In this document: positions 36,803 to 39,964 of the stretch, piece after piece | Layout: the number at the start of each line of letters is the position of its first letter | Position numbering within the stretch: the first letter of the stretch is position 1 | Origin: Abditibacteriaceae bacterium | GTDB lineage: Bacteria; Armatimonadota; Abditibacteriia; Abditibacteriales; Abditibacteriaceae | Reading direction: 5' to 3' | Assembly: GCA_031372065.1 (NCBI GenBank) | Contig: JANMKN010000049.1 | Location: 1 to 39,964, forward strand | DNA length: 39,964 bases | Program-made: the position numbers and the translations under genes | Notes under the pieces: model-generated | Seen by the model: only the letters and a program-made list of their open reading frames with translations | What the model was told of the DNA's origin: nothing | The model's database searches: none

Positions 36803-37498
36803 TCAATTCGACGACAAATAGCGGGCGGCGGGGCCAAGTGATTCATCGAAGGGCGAAACGGCCTGCCCGGATGCCACGCGATGCGCAAAGGCGAGTTGCA
36901 CGATTTCGGCGCGGCGCAAAAGGGCGTATTCGTAACTTAAGCGCGCCGCTGTGGAAGTCATTTCCAAAAGCTCTTGCTTTTCTTCGTTATTCAGTGTCAA
37001 AAGCGCGGCGACGGTCAGCGATAACGTGGCCGGGTCGCGTGGAATATCTACCGATTCCACTTCAAGGCCGGTGACTTTGGCGTTTAGCATCAGCAACTTC
37101 AAATAACGCTCCAAAATGGCGCGCACTTTGACGACATAAGCGGGCACCGCGCGCTCGCTTTCGACATCGTCCAGCCACTCGACCAAGCCGATGAAGTAAT
37201 CGTCTTCCTCGCGCACCGAAATAACGCGAAAGCGGCGGCGTCCGATGGTTTGTAAATTCAGGCGGCCATCGGGAAATGGCGTGGCTTCGATAATCTCCGC
37301 TGCCGTGCCGACCAACGACGGCGCTGTGTTCTGTTGGCCTTCTTCGCCTTCGGCAATCAGCGTCACGCCGAAGGTTTTATCGCTTTCGAGGCAGCGACGC
37401 ATCATCAAGCGATAGCGCGGCTCGAAAATATGCAACGGCAGCGCCATGCCGGGAAACAGCACGACATTTAAAGGAAAAAGGGGCAGTTCAAAAGACAT
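36803..37498 (-). CDS. Lon peptidase substrate-binding (N-terminal) domain protein
   Basis: LPLFPLNVVLFPGMALPLHIFEPRYRLM, DGR, GRRRF, KQELLE; no ATPase or protease domain. Confidence 0.93.
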   Translation of the reverse strand: MSFELPLFPLNVVLFPGMALPLHIFEPRYRLMMRRCLESDKTFGVTLIAEGEEGQQNTAPSLVGTAAEIIEATPFPDGRLNLQTIGRRRFRVISVREEDDYFIGLVEWLDDVESERAVPAYVVKVRAILERYLKLLMLNAKVTGLEVESVDIPRDPATLSLTVAALLTLNNEEKQELLEMTSTAARLSYEYALLRRAEIVQLAFAHRVASGQAVSPFDESLGPAARYLSSN

Positions 37499-37500
37499 GA

Positions 37501-37923
37501 TTAAGAAGTTAAAAGCGCCAGTTCATCGTCATCGAAAGCACTTTCGTCGGCAAAAGGTGGCGGCGCATCCTGCGTTTCTATCGGACGGTTGTTTTCGTCC
37601 ACCAATACCACGCGTGGGCGCAGCGAACGCGCTTCGGCGTCGTTAAATTGCCCGTAGGCGATGACGATAATAATATCGCCTTTTTGTCCCAAGCGCGCGG
37701 CGGCGCCATTGAGACACATCGTTCCACTGCCGCGATGTCCCGGAATGGTGTAAGTCACCAAACGCGCGCCGTTGTTGACATTCACGACTTGGACTTGCTC
37801 ATAAGGCAAAATATCGGCGCGTTCGAGCAAATCCACATCAACTGTCAGCGAGCCGACATAATGTAGATTCGCATCCGTCACGGTGGCCCGATGAATTTTG
37901 CCTTTACACATCGTTCTTAACAT
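37501..37923 (-). CDS. panD: Aspartate 1-decarboxylase
   Basis: [16 protein letters not shown] self-cleavage site, [16 protein letters not shown]. Confidence 0.98.
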   Translation of the reverse strand: MLRTMCKGKIHRATVTDANLHYVGSLTVDVDLLERADILPYEQVQVVNVNNGARLVTYTIPGHRGSGTMCLNGAAARLGQKGDIIIVIAYGQFNDAEARSLRPRVVLVDENNRPIETQDAPPPFADESAFDDDELALLTS

Positions 37924-37950
37924 TGCTTCTCACTCTATAAGGTTAAAAGT

Positions 37951-38397
37951 TCACCATTCCGCGTCCGTTTCGCGCACCCAGCCGCCTTCGAGGACATCCG
38001 CCAGTGGTTTGACCATAAAGGCGCGGCGCAGGGCGCGCGGATGGGGGATTTGCAGGTTGTCTTCGTTCCATTCGAGATCGCCAAATAGCAGAATATCAAC
38101 ATCCATCGCGCGGGCGCCCCCCCGGTTTTTGGCATCGGGCAAGCGACCAAAAGCGGATTCAATCGCTTGAGTCATCGCCAAAAGCGCGCGGGGCGACAGG
38201 GTGGTTTCAATGCGCACCGCTGCGTTGAGAAAATCCTCTGCGCCGCCGCCCTCAACGCTTTGCGTTTCATAGATTTTCGAGCGCGCCGCCACGGTGATTT
38301 CGGCATGATATTCCAGCATCATGCACGCTTTGCGCAAGTTCGCCAGTCGCTCGCCCTGATTGCTGCCCAAGGCCAAATAAGCCGTCACAGATTTCAT
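37951..38397 (-). CDS. folK: 6-hydroxymethyl-7,8-dihydropterin pyrophosphokinase
   Basis: YLALGSNQG, FLNAA, IESAFGR, RAMDVDILL, IPHPR. Confidence 0.95.
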   Translation of the reverse strand: MKSVTAYLALGSNQGERLANLRKACMMLEYHAEITVAARSKIYETQSVEGGGAEDFLNAAVRIETTLSPRALLAMTQAIESAFGRLPDAKNRGGARAMDVDILLFGDLEWNEDNLQIPHPRALRRAFMVKPLADVLEGGWVRETDAEW

Positions 38398-38398
38398 T

Positions 38399-38758
38399 TT
38401 AGTGGCGCTCGCGCTTGATTTCGACGCCGAGAAACTCCAACGCGACGGGCAAAGCGATATGCGGTTTGCGAATGCGCACCGTCACGGCTTGCACCATTTC
38501 GTGTTGCAGCGCCGCGCTCGCGATTTTTTCGGCGATGTGTTCCAACAACTTCGCTGTTTCGCCTTCCACAATGCTTTTGGCTGCCTCGTAAATCGCGATG
38601 TAATTCAGCGTGTCGCCCAAATCGTCCGACGCGCCAGCAGCGCGCAGATCACAATCCAGTGTGATGTCCACGATGAATTTCTGACCGAGTTCGTTTTCCG
38701 CCGCGTGACAGCCGTGTTTTCCGAAAAATGTTAGGCCGTTCAATAAAATTCGATCCAT
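38399..38758 (-). CDS. folB: Dihydroneopterin aldolase
   Basis: FFGKHGC, ELGQKFIVD, SDDLGDTLNY, LLEHIAEKIA, RKP. Confidence 0.97.
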   Translation of the reverse strand: MDRILLNGLTFFGKHGCHAAENELGQKFIVDITLDCDLRAAGASDDLGDTLNYIAIYEAAKSIVEGETAKLLEHIAEKIASAALQHEMVQAVTVRIRKPHIALPVALEFLGVEIKRERH

Positions 38759-38772
38759 GCTGATGGAAATTT

Positions 38773-38805
38773 AACCACAGATGAACACGGATAAACACAG
38801 AGGAA
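38773..38805. repeat. Half element of CAC(A/G)GAT 10-mer family
   Basis: aac cacagatgaa cacggataaa cacagaggaa; shares cacagatgaacac with 3593-3605. Confidence 0.7.
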
Positions 38806-38926
38806 AAATAGGGGTGACTTATTTTTGCGTTTGCGCGCATAAAGCAACGCCGCGCGGCTTTTAAATCTATTTCTATCCACCTCCATAATCTTAAGAACCG
38901 CATTCGTAGCCTGTGACGATGTGTTT

Positions 38927-39829
38927 TTATCTTGTAGGTGCGCGTTCATCGGGCGCCCTCTGGGCGGATGCATCCGTGGTTCTCACAATCGCATCGGTCA
39001 TTTGAGCGACTTGTTTCATGGCTTTGACATCATGGACGCGAATGATAGCGGCACCGCCTGCGATGGCGCTGGCAATTGTCGCGGCAGTGCCGAAAAGTCG
39101 TTCTTCCACAGGCGCGTCGTTTAATACTTTTCCGATAGTAGATTTGCGACTGGTGGCGGATAAAGTTGGGAAACCAAAGTCGCTCAACGCGCGCCCACGT
39201 CGCAAGATCGCAAGGTTTTCCTCGACAGATTTGCCGAAGCCAAAACCCGCGTCCAACGCGATGCGTTCGCACGCAATCCCGGCTTGTTGCGCCGCTGCCA
39301 CGCGCTCTTGCCAAAACTGCAAGATTTCCTCAATGACATCCCCCGACTTTGAACGTTCATCACGGAACTTTGAACTATAATTCATCGTTTGCGGCGTGCC
39401 GCGCAGATGCATCAAAATGACGCCGCAAGAGGAAGCGGCCAAAGTGGGCAGCATATTTTCATCGAAAGTGGCGCCGGAAATGTCGTTGATAATAGCGGCG
39501 CCCGCTTCTAAGGCGGCGGCGGCGACTTGCGCTTTGGTGGTGTCAACCGAAAGCGGCATATTGGAGGCGGCCAGCTTTTCAATGAGCGGAATCACGCGCC
39601 GTAATTCTTCATCGGCCCCGACGTTTTGGGCGCCGGGCCGCGTGCTTTCGCCGCCAATGTCGAGAATATCCGCGCCATCTTCGATCATTTGCAACGCGTG
39701 GTCAAGGGCGCGCGACAAATCGTAAACGCCATCGCCCGAAAACGAATCAGGCGTGACATTTACGATACCCATCACATAAGTTTTCGCGCCGAGCGGCAAA
39801 AAAAAGCGCCCGCAATGCCATAGATTCAT
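38927..39829 (-). CDS. folP: Dihydropteroate synthase
   Basis: MGIVNVTPDSFS, DIGGESTRPG, SVDT, INDISG, DAGFGFGK, SRKS, RVHDV. Confidence 0.98.
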   Translation of the reverse strand: MNLWHCGRFFLPLGAKTYVMGIVNVTPDSFSGDGVYDLSRALDHALQMIEDGADILDIGGESTRPGAQNVGADEELRRVIPLIEKLAASNMPLSVDTTKAQVAAAALEAGAAIINDISGATFDENMLPTLAASSCGVILMHLRGTPQTMNYSSKFRDERSKSGDVIEEILQFWQERVAAAQQAGIACERIALDAGFGFGKSVEENLAILRRGRALSDFGFPTLSATSRKSTIGKVLNDAPVEERLFGTAATIASAIAGGAAIIRVHDVKAMKQVAQMTDAIVRTTDASAQRAPDERAPTR

Positions 39830-39964
39830 GGTCAGTGGTCAGTGGTCAGTGGTCAGTGGTCAGTGGTCAGTGGTCAGTGGTCAGTGGTCAGTGGTCAGTG
39901 GTCAGTGGTCAGTGGTCAGTGGTCAGTGGTCAGTGGTCAGTGGTCAGTGGTCAGTGGTCAGTGG
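39829..39964. repeat. Perfect (TGGTCAG)n tandem array, at least 19 units, runs off the window
   Basis: 136 nt of uninterrupted 7-mer starting within the folP start codon. Confidence 0.97.

Noticed and set aside
36803..37498. Lon protease or a truncated lon pseudogene
   Set aside because: Stand-alone Lon N-domain proteins are a normal family, and the ORF is intact and tightly spaced in the operon.

Overview
Mostly housekeeping DNA from a diderm bacterium. The DUF1559 prepilin-like gene, S55 fusion, Uma2 gene and the type of outer-membrane protein suggest Abditibacteriota/Armatimonadota, but this is inference only. Genes in order: partial Uma2 nuclease, EVE protein, purQ, purS, purB, clpS, ada, alginate lyase, a membrane protein, a lipoprotein/OmpR/kinase operon, DUF1559, purC, a GT-C-like membrane protein, ygfZ-like, YprB-like exonuclease, nitroreductase, UDP-glucuronate decarboxylase, dapF, a galT-like/sensor kinase/receiver/glgC cluster, two small genes between repeated hairpins, M16C peptidase, a flavoprotein disulfide reductase, a beta-barrel-like protein, a large S55 peptidase/propeller fusion, a Lon-N domain protein, panD, folK, folB and folP. 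No rRNA, tRNA, CRISPR array or transposase was seen. The most unusual layer is non-coding. Many intergenic gaps, including four successive gaps from EVE to clpS, hold inverted-repeat elements from at least five families: 7-mer arrays, 9-10-mer CACGGAT/CGCAAAT arrays, GTAG REPs, a CCTTCCCC palindrome with flanking direct repeats, and a 36-bp hairpin bracketing single small genes. Several overlap stop or start codons or supply protein C-termini. Other points of interest are a circularly permuted S55 protease, a GalT-like enzyme lacking its zinc ligands in a glycogen signalling cluster, and a ~380-nt leader behind a perfect sigma70 promoter. All family assignments come from motif recognition, not database searches.
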